This document shows, piece after piece, positions 28,022-37,529 of a stretch of 64,000 nt of DNA (within the stretch, counting starts at the first letter, position 1; each line of letters starts with the position of its first letter). This stretch comes from a bacterium (GTDB lineage Bacteria > Patescibacteriota > Patescibacteriia > Patescibacteriales > UBA12465). The notes beneath the pieces were generated by a model, which made no database searches, was not told the DNA's origin, and saw nothing but the letters and a program-made list of their open reading frames with translations. The stretch is taken from contig DAOMZR010000001.1 in assembly GCA_035400585.1 (NCBI GenBank), positions 191,347-255,346 on the forward strand, in the 5' to 3' direction. Position numbers and translations under genes: made by a program.

Positions 28022-28702
28022 ATGAAAATTTTGGTGGTTGATGACGACAAAAAAATTAATCAATTACTAAGTGCTTCTCTAAAAAGAGAATTGTTTACAG
28101 TTGATGTTGCTGAAAACGGCCGAGACGGTTTGTATATGTATCAAACAAATCACTATGATTTAATTTTGGTTGATTACAATCTGCCCATAGAAAACGGAGA
28201 GTATTTAGTTGAAGAAATTAGAAAAATAGATAAAAAAATACCAATAATAATGTTAACAGTGGAAGGAAGTCAAGAAATGAAAAATAAATTATTTAATTTG
28301 GAAGTCGATGATTATATTACCAAGCCATTTGTTTTCGAAGATCTTTTAAGTAGAATAAAGGCTGTTACGCGCAGACCGCAAGAAATAAAAAGCAGAATTT
28401 ATCAAATTGATGATCTTTATGTCGATGTTGAAAAACATCAAGCAAAAAGAGGCAAGGAAAAAATATATTTAACATTTAAAGAATTAACCCTTTTGGAATT
28501 CTTCTTAAAAAATCAAGGAAAAATTCTATCGAGAACTGTTTTGATGGAAAACGTTTGGGATTTTAATGCTGATCCATTTTCCAACACCATAGAATCACAT
28601 ATTTTAAAAATTAGAAAAAAAATAAATCCCACTCAATGTAAGCGGGATTTAATTCATACTATTAAAGGAAGGGGTTATAAGATGGATACGAGTAAATGGT
28701 AG
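28022..28702 (+). CDS. OmpR/PhoB-family response regulator; start taken at 28022 (MKILVVDDD)
   Basis: MKILVVDDDKKINQLL, DLILVDYNLPIENGEYL, IIMLTVEG, ITKPF; C-terminal winged helix VWDFNADPFSNTIESHILKIRKKI...IHTIKGRGYKM. Confidence 0.93.
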   Translation: MKILVVDDDKKINQLLSASLKRELFTVDVAENGRDGLYMYQTNHYDLILVDYNLPIENGEYLVEEIRKIDKKIPIIMLTVEGSQEMKNKLFNLEVDDYITKPFVFEDLLSRIKAVTRRPQEIKSRIYQIDDLYVDVEKHQAKRGKEKIYLTFKELTLLEFFLKNQGKILSRTVLMENVWDFNADPFSNTIESHILKIRKKINPTQCKRDLIHTIKGRGYKMDTSKW

Positions 28703-29509
28703 CTACAAAACAACTTTTTCCACCTCATCTATTGAGTGACCAAGAAAAAATTCCCCTAACTCTTTAAATTTTTCAACACTATCGGTAGCACAAAATTGAT
28801 ACCTGGGTTTTATTTTCTTTTGAATATTTAGCTCAGGATGTCGATTTAAATAATCAAAAAGACTATCACTGATTATTTTTTCAGTATTAAGAACATAGCA
28901 CCTCTTCCCCATTATTCTTTTTATATCATTTAATAAAAAAGGGTAATGGGTACAGGCCAAAACCAAAGCCTCAACTTGTTTCATTTTTAAATATCTCAAA
29001 TACTTTTTTAGAATCATTTTAGTTTCTGGCTTTTTAATCCAGCCCTCCTCGATTAAAGGAACAAGCAAGGGGGTAGCTTTCTGAAAAATTTCCAAATCAT
29101 CCCTAAAAACTTTTATTTCATCATTGTATATATTAGAATTGACCGTTGCTTTCGTTCCTATAATTCCAACTTTTTTAATTTTTTTGAGTCGAGCTATTTC
29201 TTCGGCGATTGGTCTAATAACACCTAAAATTTTTAAATCCGGGTATTTGTTGGGCAGATATTCTTGCTGAATTTTTCTTAATGCTTGAGCTGAGGCGCTA
29301 TTACAAGCTATAATTATTAGCTTACAACCTCGAGAATACAAAAAATCAACCGCCTTTACCACATAAGAATAAATGGTTTCCATTGATTTATTACCATAAG
29401 GAACATTAGCATTGTCACCCAAATAAATATAATCATAATCAGGATGATCTTTTAAAAATCCCCTTAAAACTGTTAATCCCCCAACACCCGAATCAAAAAC
29501 TCCGATCAT
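28703..29509 (-). CDS. murI: Glutamate racemase
   Basis: MIGVFDSGVGGLTVLRGFL, YLGDNANVPYGNKS, LIIIACNSASAQALR, ALVLACTHYPFL. Confidence 0.96.
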   Translation of the reverse strand: MIGVFDSGVGGLTVLRGFLKDHPDYDYIYLGDNANVPYGNKSMETIYSYVVKAVDFLYSRGCKLIIIACNSASAQALRKIQQEYLPNKYPDLKILGVIRPIAEEIARLKKIKKVGIIGTKATVNSNIYNDEIKVFRDDLEIFQKATPLLVPLIEEGWIKKPETKMILKKYLRYLKMKQVEALVLACTHYPFLLNDIKRIMGKRCYVLNTEKIISDSLFDYLNRHPELNIQKKIKPRYQFCATDSVEKFKELGEFFLGHSIDEVEKVVL

Positions 29510-29511
29510 AA

Positions 29512-30306
29512 TTATTTTCTATCGTTTTTTATTTTATAATTTAAAGTTAATTCAAGACTAACTTCATGAGATCCACTATTTATAACTGGATTTCCACCAC
29601 CACCCATACCACCGTAATAAGAATAATCATAATAAGGAGATGGATTAATAACGTTTTCCCACCAACCAACAATTTCATCTAAAGAAACTCCAACGGCTTG
29701 AGATAAAACAGTAGCCTTGGATTTAGCATCTTTTATAGCTAAAAGCCTAGCTTCTTGTTTTAAATCTTCTATCTTAGAGCTTTCAAAAGAAACACCTAAA
29801 ACCTGATTAGCTCCAGCTTTAGCTGATTCAGAAACTACTTGATTTAGTATATTAAAATTTTCATCAACTCCTTTAACTTTAACTATAACTTGTTGATTGG
29901 CATTATATCCACTTAAGTTATTTATCCCCTCTACATAATCATAGTAAGGATATAAAGAATAAGTTTGGTTTTTAATATCTTTAGGATCAATACCCAATCC
30001 AGTTACAGCAGTTATTATTTTAGCAACTTTTTCATTTAACATGCTTAAAGCCTCTTCGGCTGTTTTAGCTTTATCAATTTGAACTCCTAAGGTAACGTTG
30101 GCAATATCTGGTTGATAAGAAACCTTTCCCTGTCCGATAACAGAAACTTGATTAGGAAAATTATTAACAATTTTATCTCTCAAAATAGAAACCACCACAA
30201 TCCCTGATAAGGCTAATATTAAAACCATGGCGGCTATCCATTTGGCTGTTTTGTTCTTACCAGAACAAAGACAAACTTCTTTTTTTTCTTTTAGATTTTC
30301 ACTCAT
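29512..30306 (-). CDS. SIMPL (DUF541) domain protein with TM anchor
   Basis: VSVIGQGKVSYQPDIANVTLGVQ...NQTYSLYPYYDY...LGVSFESS...AIKDAKSKATVLSQAVGVSL. Confidence 0.88.
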   Translation of the reverse strand: MSENLKEKKEVCLCSGKNKTAKWIAAMVLILALSGIVVVSILRDKIVNNFPNQVSVIGQGKVSYQPDIANVTLGVQIDKAKTAEEALSMLNEKVAKIITAVTGLGIDPKDIKNQTYSLYPYYDYVEGINNLSGYNANQQVIVKVKGVDENFNILNQVVSESAKAGANQVLGVSFESSKIEDLKQEARLLAIKDAKSKATVLSQAVGVSLDEIVGWWENVINPSPYYDYSYYGGMGGGGNPVINSGSHEVSLELTLNYKIKNDRK

Positions 30307-30385
30307 ATTTTTAAATACTTCTTTTTAAAAACAAAAAATTTTTAAAAAAGAAGTTAATAATAATTATAATTTTATAATAACTTAT

Positions 30386-31060
30386 TTATGATAATTTAAA
30401 ATTATTAATTGTTAATACAAAATTGTAATTCAAAAATTCAGCTGCTTTACGACAAAAAACCATTCTGTCATTAAATATTTCAAAATATTCCATAACTCCG
30501 GTTACTTTAGTGTCAATTTTCAATTTCAAAATAATTTCTTTTTTTGCTCTATTAACCTTAAAAGCTGACTCTATAACCGAATAATTAACTCGATCATGGA
30601 TATCTTCCTTTAAATTTTCTGGTGTTTTATTTTTAACTCTATTTCGATGAACATCTGATTTATCGGCTAAAACCAATATAGCACCTATTTTATTAACAAT
30701 TTCATTTTCGTGCTCATCGTGATTAGCTATGGCTTGCATTACTTCTAAAATATCTTTAGTTTCCTGACTACTTCTAGAATTAGATAGAAAAAATTGAGAA
30801 AAAAGCATGGCGCCAGTATAAGGATGACCCGTTCTTTGTAAAAAATTACCCATATCATGACAATAACCAGCAATAGCTGCTAATTGTTGCTCTCTTTCGT
30901 CTAGTCCGATATTTTTAGCTAAACTTTTGGCTCTGTCGGAAACCAAATTCAAGTGACGAGGACCATGATCGGTGTATCCCAAATAATTTAAATACTCTTC
31001 TGTTTTTTTTATGGAATAAACAACCCCTGAATGTTTTTTAATCTCTTCTAAACTCAACAT
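30386..31060 (-). CDS. HD-domain phosphohydrolase
   Basis: DHGPRHLNLV, AIAGYCHDMGNFLQRTGHPYTGAML, ANHDEHENEIVNKIGAILVLADKSDVHRNR. Confidence 0.85.
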   Translation of the reverse strand: MLSLEEIKKHSGVVYSIKKTEEYLNYLGYTDHGPRHLNLVSDRAKSLAKNIGLDEREQQLAAIAGYCHDMGNFLQRTGHPYTGAMLFSQFFLSNSRSSQETKDILEVMQAIANHDEHENEIVNKIGAILVLADKSDVHRNRVKNKTPENLKEDIHDRVNYSVIESAFKVNRAKKEIILKLKIDTKVTGVMEYFEIFNDRMVFCRKAAEFLNYNFVLTINNFKLS

Positions 31061-31075
31061 AAATTTATAATAAAA

Positions 31076-32119
31076 TTAATTTTTAATTAAACCGTGGGCC
31101 ACACTTTCTTTTAAACCAGAGCCAGTAATTTCAATGAAATCAGCTTTTCCCTTTACTCTTTCGATGTTATCAGCTCCCATATAAGTCATGCCAGAAGCCA
31201 AACCACCTAAAAATTTATTAACTATTGGAATAACTGATCCTTTATATTCAATTGTTGTCATTTCCCCCTCTACGTGAACAACTTCATCTTTTTTCTTTCC
31301 ATCCAGGGCCATTTTTTTAACAGTTGCCAAATAACTAGCCATTCCTCTATATTCCTTATATTTTTTACCATTCTTTGTAATAATTTTACCGGGAGTTTCT
31401 TTTGTTCCTGAAAAAATAGAACCACTCATAACAGTATCAGCTCCAGCACCTATTGCCTTAACTATATCACCGGGATTTTTAATACCGCCATCGGCGCAAA
31501 CCGGAACTCTTCCTTGGCTAGCTTCATAAACATCCATAATAGCTGTAATTTGTGGAACGCCGGCACCAGCCATAATTCTGGTAGTGCACATTGAGCCAGG
31601 ACCAATGCCAACCTTTATAGCATCGGCTTTTTTGTTTATAAAATATTCAGCCGCATCTTTAGTGGCGATATTTCCAACCATTATATCTATTTTGGGATAT
31701 TTTTCTTTTAAATAATCTAAAGTTTTACCAACCCTCTTAGAATGACCGTGAGCTACATCCAAAACCAAAATATCAACGCCAGAATCAGCTAAAGCCTTAA
31801 CTCTTTCCTCATAATCTTTAACACCTAGAGCCGCAGCGGCTAAAAGATTTTCTTTCTTTATTTTTTTTATTTCTTTGGCTTGATTAGAGATAGTCATAAA
31901 TCTGTGAACAACACCCAGGCCACCCATCTTTCCGACAGCAATAGCCATTTCACTTTCACAAACTGTATCCATGTTTGCTACTAGCAGTGGGATATCTAAA
32001 AAATGATTTTTGGTAACTTTTGTTCTAAAAGAAACATCTTTACGAGAATTAACTCTATTGTATTTTGGGACAAGCAAAACATCATCAAAAGAATATCCCT
32101 TTCCAATAATTCTAGCCAT
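31076..32119 (-). CDS. guaB: IMP dehydrogenase/GMP reductase family, CBS-less (347 aa)
   Basis: [79 protein letters not shown]. Confidence 0.85.
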   Translation of the reverse strand: MARIIGKGYSFDDVLLVPKYNRVNSRKDVSFRTKVTKNHFLDIPLLVANMDTVCESEMAIAVGKMGGLGVVHRFMTISNQAKEIKKIKKENLLAAAALGVKDYEERVKALADSGVDILVLDVAHGHSKRVGKTLDYLKEKYPKIDIMVGNIATKDAAEYFINKKADAIKVGIGPGSMCTTRIMAGAGVPQITAIMDVYEASQGRVPVCADGGIKNPGDIVKAIGAGADTVMSGSIFSGTKETPGKIITKNGKKYKEYRGMASYLATVKKMALDGKKKDEVVHVEGEMTTIEYKGSVIPIVNKFLGGLASGMTYMGADNIERVKGKADFIEITGSGLKESVAHGLIKN

Positions 32120-32123
32120 AATT

Positions 32124-32699
32124 TTATTTAATTATTTTTATAATTTTATTTATTGATTTTTCAAAAATGTTAATTTTAAAATTATTGTTATTCTTTTCAA
32201 TTGATCCAAAAAGCTTGGTCTTAACATTTTTGATTCCGCAAAATTTTAATATACCTCTCAAAGTTTTAGTTGCTAAATTACCAATAAAAAAATAATAAAT
32301 ACTAGGGGCACCAGAAGTGCAAACCAAAATTGATTTTTTCCCCAATAACAATCTATCTGGTAATTTTCCATTAGGATTATTATATTTAAAAGCAAACCCC
32401 GGCAAAAAAGTTCTATCAATAAAACCCTTTAAAACAGCCGGAAAACTGTACCACCAGATTGGGAAAATAAAAATTAAATAATCAGCCCAAAGAATGTCTG
32501 ATTGAGCTAATCTTAAATCTGGCTCTAATTCTTGAATTTCCTTATAACCATTTTTTAGGTTAGAATTAAAATTTAATTCACCTAAATTTATTCTTCTAAT
32601 TTCCAATTTATTTTTTAATTTGTCTTCAAAAATATCAGCCAACTTACCGTTAAAACTATTTTTATCTGGATGACCCAAAATCAGTAAAACTTTTTTCAT
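32124..32699 (-). CDS. NAD(P)H dehydrogenase (quinone)/flavodoxin-like fold family
   Basis: KKVLLILGHPDKNSFNGKLAD, LIFIFPIWWYSFPAVLKGFIDRTFLPGFAFKY. Confidence 0.88.
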   Translation of the reverse strand: MKKVLLILGHPDKNSFNGKLADIFEDKLKNKLEIRRINLGELNFNSNLKNGYKEIQELEPDLRLAQSDILWADYLIFIFPIWWYSFPAVLKGFIDRTFLPGFAFKYNNPNGKLPDRLLLGKKSILVCTSGAPSIYYFFIGNLATKTLRGILKFCGIKNVKTKLFGSIEKNNNNFKINIFEKSINKIIKIIK

Positions 32700-32700
32700 A

Positions 32701-33186
32701 TTAATTTAACAAATAAATTGAATAGGCTAAATAAGTTGCAAAAGCTACCCACAAAAAATAAGGTATAAGTAAAATTGCTGATGATTTATATCCTCTCCAA
32801 AGCATTAAAATTAAAACTAAATTAACAAAATTTAAAAACAACATTTCAATAACAGACCAGAAAATTAAATGCCAAGAGAAAAATAAAACTGACCAAAAAA
32901 CATTTAAAATTCCATTTAAAACAAATAAGGAAATAATTATATAAAAAAACAAACTTTTTCTATTCGTCTTTGAATTGTTAGAAAAAAGTAAAATTGAGAT
33001 AGCTGATAAAATAAAAATAATAGTCCAAACAATACCGATAACCGATCCATGCGGAGTAAATGACGGTAAATTGATAGCATCATACCAATCCATTCCACCA
33101 CCAGTAAAATAACCGCCGATCAAAGAAACAGACAAAACGCCTAGTGGTGTTAACAAATAATTAACTTTTAACCCCCTAGTTTTCAT
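32701..33186 (-). CDS. TspO/MBR family protein
   Basis: INLPSFTPHGSVIGIVWTIIFILSAIS, NGILNVFWSVLFFSWH, WVAFATYLAYSIYLLN. Confidence 0.92.
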   Translation of the reverse strand: MKTRGLKVNYLLTPLGVLSVSLIGGYFTGGGMDWYDAINLPSFTPHGSVIGIVWTIIFILSAISILLFSNNSKTNRKSLFFYIIISLFVLNGILNVFWSVLFFSWHLIFWSVIEMLFLNFVNLVLILMLWRGYKSSAILLIPYFLWVAFATYLAYSIYLLN

Positions 33187-33309
33187 AAGTTTGAAATTAA
33201 TAATAATATCCCAGCTAATTATAGCAAAAAAAAATTAAATTGTCATTAACAAAAGAACTAATTTTAACAAGATGTTTTTTGCATTATTTTACAAAAAAAT
33301 TAGATAAAA

Positions 33310-33789
33310 CTAACTATTAAAAAAATTATTTATTAGTAATCCCAAATAATAAGAAATTAAAATTACCACGGTTGCTATTAGCAAATGTTCAAAAACAACG
33401 CTAAAATTTTTTCTTTCCTCTTCGTTGCTTATTTTATAACTCAAAACTGAAAGAATTATTACTCCCCAAACAATTGAGATTAAAATAGAAGTTGAAAGTT
33501 TAAAAAATATAAATGGAATTAAAAAACTTAAAGCAAAAATCGCCTTGGTTAAAAAAGTAGCTATAGTAGCTTCCCAAACATGACGAGTACTGTTTTCCTT
33601 ATTTGATTCTTCAGAAATATGAACTCCTAGGGAATCCGAAAAAGCATCGGCCAGTGCTATTACTAAAATACCAGAAATAACTGCTAACTTTGATCCGGTG
33701 CTAGAATTAAGTCCAACCATCAGTCCCAAGGTTGTTATAACCGCCGACGTTAATCCGAAGCTTAAACCTTTTTTAAGAGAATTTTTCAT
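33310..33789 (-). CDS. VIT1/CCC1-like membrane protein
   Basis: GLTSAVITTLGLMVGLNSSTGSKLAVISGILVIALADAFSDSLGVHISEESN. Confidence 0.7.
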   Translation of the reverse strand: MKNSLKKGLSFGLTSAVITTLGLMVGLNSSTGSKLAVISGILVIALADAFSDSLGVHISEESNKENSTRHVWEATIATFLTKAIFALSFLIPFIFFKLSTSILISIVWGVIILSVLSYKISNEEERKNFSVVFEHLLIATVVILISYYLGLLINNFFNS

Positions 33790-34934
33790 ATTTTTTTGGC
33801 TTTTTTTCTGGCAAGATTGGCAAAGCGATGTGCCTCATCTCGAGCTTTTAAAAGTATTAATTTAATATCTAAAACTTCCTTTTTGAATTTTTTATCTACA
33901 TTTTTTAAAAAAATTATTTCATCACCAGCAAACTTAGATAAACCAACTACATTTTTTATTTTATATTTTTCAAAAATTTCTTTCAAGAAATCAAGCTGAG
34001 GACGACCACCATCTATTAAAAATAAATCAGGATACATCCATTCTTTGTGTTTCAATCTTCTCTCCAACGTTTCAGTTAAAGCACGAAAATCATCATGTAA
34101 GTAATTATTTTTAATTTTAAACAAACGATAGTCATTTTTTTGATATTCACCTTCAAAATCAACAACAATCATAGAACCATAAGTTTCTTTTCCAGAAAAA
34201 TGAGAAATATCATAAGCCTCTATTCTTTTAAAATTATTTTGTTCTAAGTTTTTTTCATTTTCTATTAAAGAAACATCTTGTAAATGTTTTAAAGCTTTAA
34301 GTTGTTCTGGGTTTTCTTGTGAAAGTTTTTTTATTAAATACTCTTTTTTTCCAGATAAAAGTAAAATAATATTTTTGATATTTTTCTGATAATCTTTTTT
34401 ATTTATTTTGCCCAAACACGACCCCGGACAAAGCCCAACTTGATAATCAAAGCATGGCTTGCCCGAATTAGCCTTGCAAGTTCCATAAGGAAAAATTCGT
34501 CTAATAATCCTTAAAGCATTTTTAATTAAAGTAAAAGATTGATAGGGACCAAAAATTTGATTATTCTTGTCTTGATATTTTTGCAAATCTTTACCTCTAA
34601 TAATTACAGGGTAAGTAAAATCTTTTTTAGCAATAACAATATAAATAAAAGACCGGTCATCACGATCTTTGATATTGTATTTTGGCCAATATTTTTTAAT
34701 GTACTTAGCCTCTAGAATAATTGCTTCCAGCAAGGTTTTAGTTTCGATGGTCTTAATTTTTTTGGCCTGAAAAACCATTTCCTTGATTCTGGGTTCAACG
34801 TTGGATAAAAAATACTGACTTAATCTATTTTTCAGATTAGTAGCTCGACCAACATACAAAACCTTTCCTCGATTATCAAGCCAGAAATAAACACCGGAAC
34901 TTTTGGATATTTTTTGTAATTGATTTTTAAACAT
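33786..34934 (-). CDS. uvrC: Short-form UvrC (GIY-YIG + endonuclease core, no C-terminal HhH region)
   Basis: KSSGVYFWLDNRGKVLYVGRATNLKNRLSQYF; FGPYQS; RIEAYDISHFSGKETYGSMIVVDFEG; PDLFLIDGGRPQLD; RDEAHRFANLARKK; only 382 aa. Confidence 0.92.
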   Translation of the reverse strand: MFKNQLQKISKSSGVYFWLDNRGKVLYVGRATNLKNRLSQYFLSNVEPRIKEMVFQAKKIKTIETKTLLEAIILEAKYIKKYWPKYNIKDRDDRSFIYIVIAKKDFTYPVIIRGKDLQKYQDKNNQIFGPYQSFTLIKNALRIIRRIFPYGTCKANSGKPCFDYQVGLCPGSCLGKINKKDYQKNIKNIILLLSGKKEYLIKKLSQENPEQLKALKHLQDVSLIENEKNLEQNNFKRIEAYDISHFSGKETYGSMIVVDFEGEYQKNDYRLFKIKNNYLHDDFRALTETLERRLKHKEWMYPDLFLIDGGRPQLDFLKEIFEKYKIKNVVGLSKFAGDEIIFLKNVDKKFKKEVLDIKLILLKARDEAHRFANLARKKAKKI

Positions 34935-34975
34935 AAAAACGCTCTCAATACTTATTCAAATAAAAAACTAAGAAA

Positions 34976-37528
34976 TTATTTTAAATAATCCTTCAAATAT
35001 TTGCCGGTAATACTCTTTTCATTTCTGATAATATCCTCCGGTTCACCACTAGCTAGTAAATATCCACCCTTTTCTCCTCCATCGGGTCCTAAATCAATCA
35101 AATAATCCATTGATTTAAGCATGTGCATATTGTGCTCAATTACTATTACGGTATGCCCTTTTTCTACTAATTTACTTAAAACTTGAAGCAACATTTCAAT
35201 GTCCTGATAATGAAGTCCAGTTGTCGGTTCATCTAATAAATACAAAGTTTTTTGACCCAAAACATAGTTTAATTCTTTGGCAATTTTTACTCTTTGAGCT
35301 TCTCCACCAGAAAGTGTGGTTGCACTTTGCCCCAGTTTTAAGTAACCAAGACCAACTGATTTTAAAATATTAAGTTTATCGGTTATATAATAATTACCAT
35401 CAAAAAGCTTAATTGCCTCTTCAACACTCAGATCTAAAACATCGGAAATACTATGATTTTTATACTCCACCTGCAAAGTCTCTCTATTGAACCTTTTGCC
35501 TCGACAAACCTCGCACTCAACTAGTACTGCTGGCAAAAAATGCATTTCTATAAGGTTAAATCCAGCACCCTGACAAGCCTCACAGCGCCCACCAGCACGA
35601 TTAAACGAAAAACGCGATAAAGTATAACCTCTTTCTTTAGATTCTGGTAGTTCAGCAAAAAAATCCCTGATTGGCGTAAAAATACCGGTATAAGTAGCTG
35701 GATTTGACCTGGGAGTTCTACCTATAGGAGATTGATCGATAACTGATATTTTATTTATATACTCAGTTCCTTTTATATCTTCCACGTCTATTAATTTATT
35801 CTTTTTGCCAGGATTATTCTTTATATGTACAATATTTTTATACAGAACATCATACAACAAGGAAGATTTTCCACTACCAGACACACCACACAAACCAACA
35901 AGCCTTCCCAATGGTATTTCCAGATTAATATTCTTTAAATTATTAGCCCTAGCCCCCTTTATACTTATAAAACCTTTATTTTGAGATCTTCTTTTATTCG
36001 GCAATTCTATTCTTTTTACGCCATTTAAGTATTCCAAGGTCAAAGAATTTGAACTTTTATTGGCATTTATTTCTTTATTGACTACTTTTTTTGTACTTAA
36101 TTTTAAATTATCGTTCTTTTTTACTAAATCAGCTGTATATCCAATCTCAACAATTTCACCGCCATTTATACCAGCTCCAGGGCCTAAATCAACTAAATAA
36201 TCAGAATTGAGTATCGTTTGTTCGTCATGTTCCACTAAAATTACTGTATTACCCTTGTCTCTAAGGGATTTTAAGGTATCTATCAGTTTAAAAGTGTCCC
36301 TTTCGTGAAGACCAATGGTCGGTTCGTCTAAAACGTATAGAGTTCTAGATAATTGTGAGCCAATTTGAGAAGAAAGCCTTATTCTTTGGGCTTCTCCGCC
36401 AGAAAGCGTTTCAGCTTCCCTATTTAAAGTTAAATAGGATAGACCAACCTTATTCAAAAACTCCAACCTATCTATAATTTGTTGCATAACAGCTGAAACA
36501 ATTTCCATTTGGCGTTTATTCAAATTCCCCAAAACAACTTCAAAAAACAAATATGCTTCTTCTAAAGACAAGGCTGTAACTTCGGCTATATTTTTGTTAT
36601 TTATTCTCACTGACAAAGATTCTTCTCTAAGTCTTTGACCGCTACACTTAGGACAAACATCGCTGGCATAAAAACCGACCTTACCCAAACCAGAACAAGA
36701 AGGACAGGCTCCGTGAGGAGAATTAAAAGAAAAAAGACGTGGTTCAACCTCTGGAAAAGCAAAATTATCATTAGGACAAGTCCAATTTGAAGAAAGTAAA
36801 AATTCTTCTTTTTCTAGCCCAACATAAACCAAGCCCTTACTATAAGCAATAGCATTTTCAATGGCCTCAAACAAGCGAGAACCATCACTTGGCAAAACTT
36901 TATCAATAACAATATCTATATCATGTTTTTGATTGGGATTTAATTTAATTTGATCTCTAAGGGATTGTATTTTCCCATCAATTCTAGCCTCTGAGTATCC
37001 CAAAGATAAATAATCATAAAGTAATTGATAATATTCACCCTTTCTTCCTCTAATTACTGGCGATATTATTGTTAAATATTTACTACCAGAATCTTTAGCT
37101 CTATTAATGGAAATATCAACCATTTCTTCTAGTGATAATTTCTGGATTTTATGACCACACAAAGGACAGAACACTTCTCCTAAACGAGCGTAAAGCACTC
37201 TTAAATAATCATAAATTTCAGTAAGAGTTCCAACAGTAGACCGTGGATTATGCGACAAAGCTTTCTGATCAATAGATATAGCTGGAGCGAGTCCAATAAT
37301 TTCATCAACATCGGCCGGTTTCTTTTGGCCCAAAAACTGACGCATATATGGAGAAAGTGATTCAACATAACGCCTTTGTCCTTCGGCAAAAATTGTATCA
37401 AAAGCCAAGGAGGACTTACCGCTACCAGAAACACCAGTAATCACCGTTAACTGATTGTGTGGAATTTCTAAATCAATATTTTTTAAGTTGTGCATTCGTG
37501 CCCCACGAATGATTATTTTGTCGTTCAT
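34976..37528 (-). CDS. uvrA: Excinuclease ABC subunit A
   Basis: GARMHNLKNIDLEIPHNQLTVITGVSGSGKSSLAFDTIFAEGQRRYVESLSPYMRQFLGQ; two ABC domains; zinc motifs. Confidence 0.98.
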   Translation of the reverse strand: MNDKIIIRGARMHNLKNIDLEIPHNQLTVITGVSGSGKSSLAFDTIFAEGQRRYVESLSPYMRQFLGQKKPADVDEIIGLAPAISIDQKALSHNPRSTVGTLTEIYDYLRVLYARLGEVFCPLCGHKIQKLSLEEMVDISINRAKDSGSKYLTIISPVIRGRKGEYYQLLYDYLSLGYSEARIDGKIQSLRDQIKLNPNQKHDIDIVIDKVLPSDGSRLFEAIENAIAYSKGLVYVGLEKEEFLLSSNWTCPNDNFAFPEVEPRLFSFNSPHGACPSCSGLGKVGFYASDVCPKCSGQRLREESLSVRINNKNIAEVTALSLEEAYLFFEVVLGNLNKRQMEIVSAVMQQIIDRLEFLNKVGLSYLTLNREAETLSGGEAQRIRLSSQIGSQLSRTLYVLDEPTIGLHERDTFKLIDTLKSLRDKGNTVILVEHDEQTILNSDYLVDLGPGAGINGGEIVEIGYTADLVKKNDNLKLSTKKVVNKEINANKSSNSLTLEYLNGVKRIELPNKRRSQNKGFISIKGARANNLKNINLEIPLGRLVGLCGVSGSGKSSLLYDVLYKNIVHIKNNPGKKNKLIDVEDIKGTEYINKISVIDQSPIGRTPRSNPATYTGIFTPIRDFFAELPESKERGYTLSRFSFNRAGGRCEACQGAGFNLIEMHFLPAVLVECEVCRGKRFNRETLQVEYKNHSISDVLDLSVEEAIKLFDGNYYITDKLNILKSVGLGYLKLGQSATTLSGGEAQRVKIAKELNYVLGQKTLYLLDEPTTGLHYQDIEMLLQVLSKLVEKGHTVIVIEHNMHMLKSMDYLIDLGPDGGEKGGYLLASGEPEDIIRNEKSITGKYLKDYLK

Positions 37529-37529
37529 A

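Noticed and set aside
37201-37434. 77-aa minus-strand ORF within uvrA
   Set aside because: Alternative frame of uvrA, which is conserved and uninterrupted.
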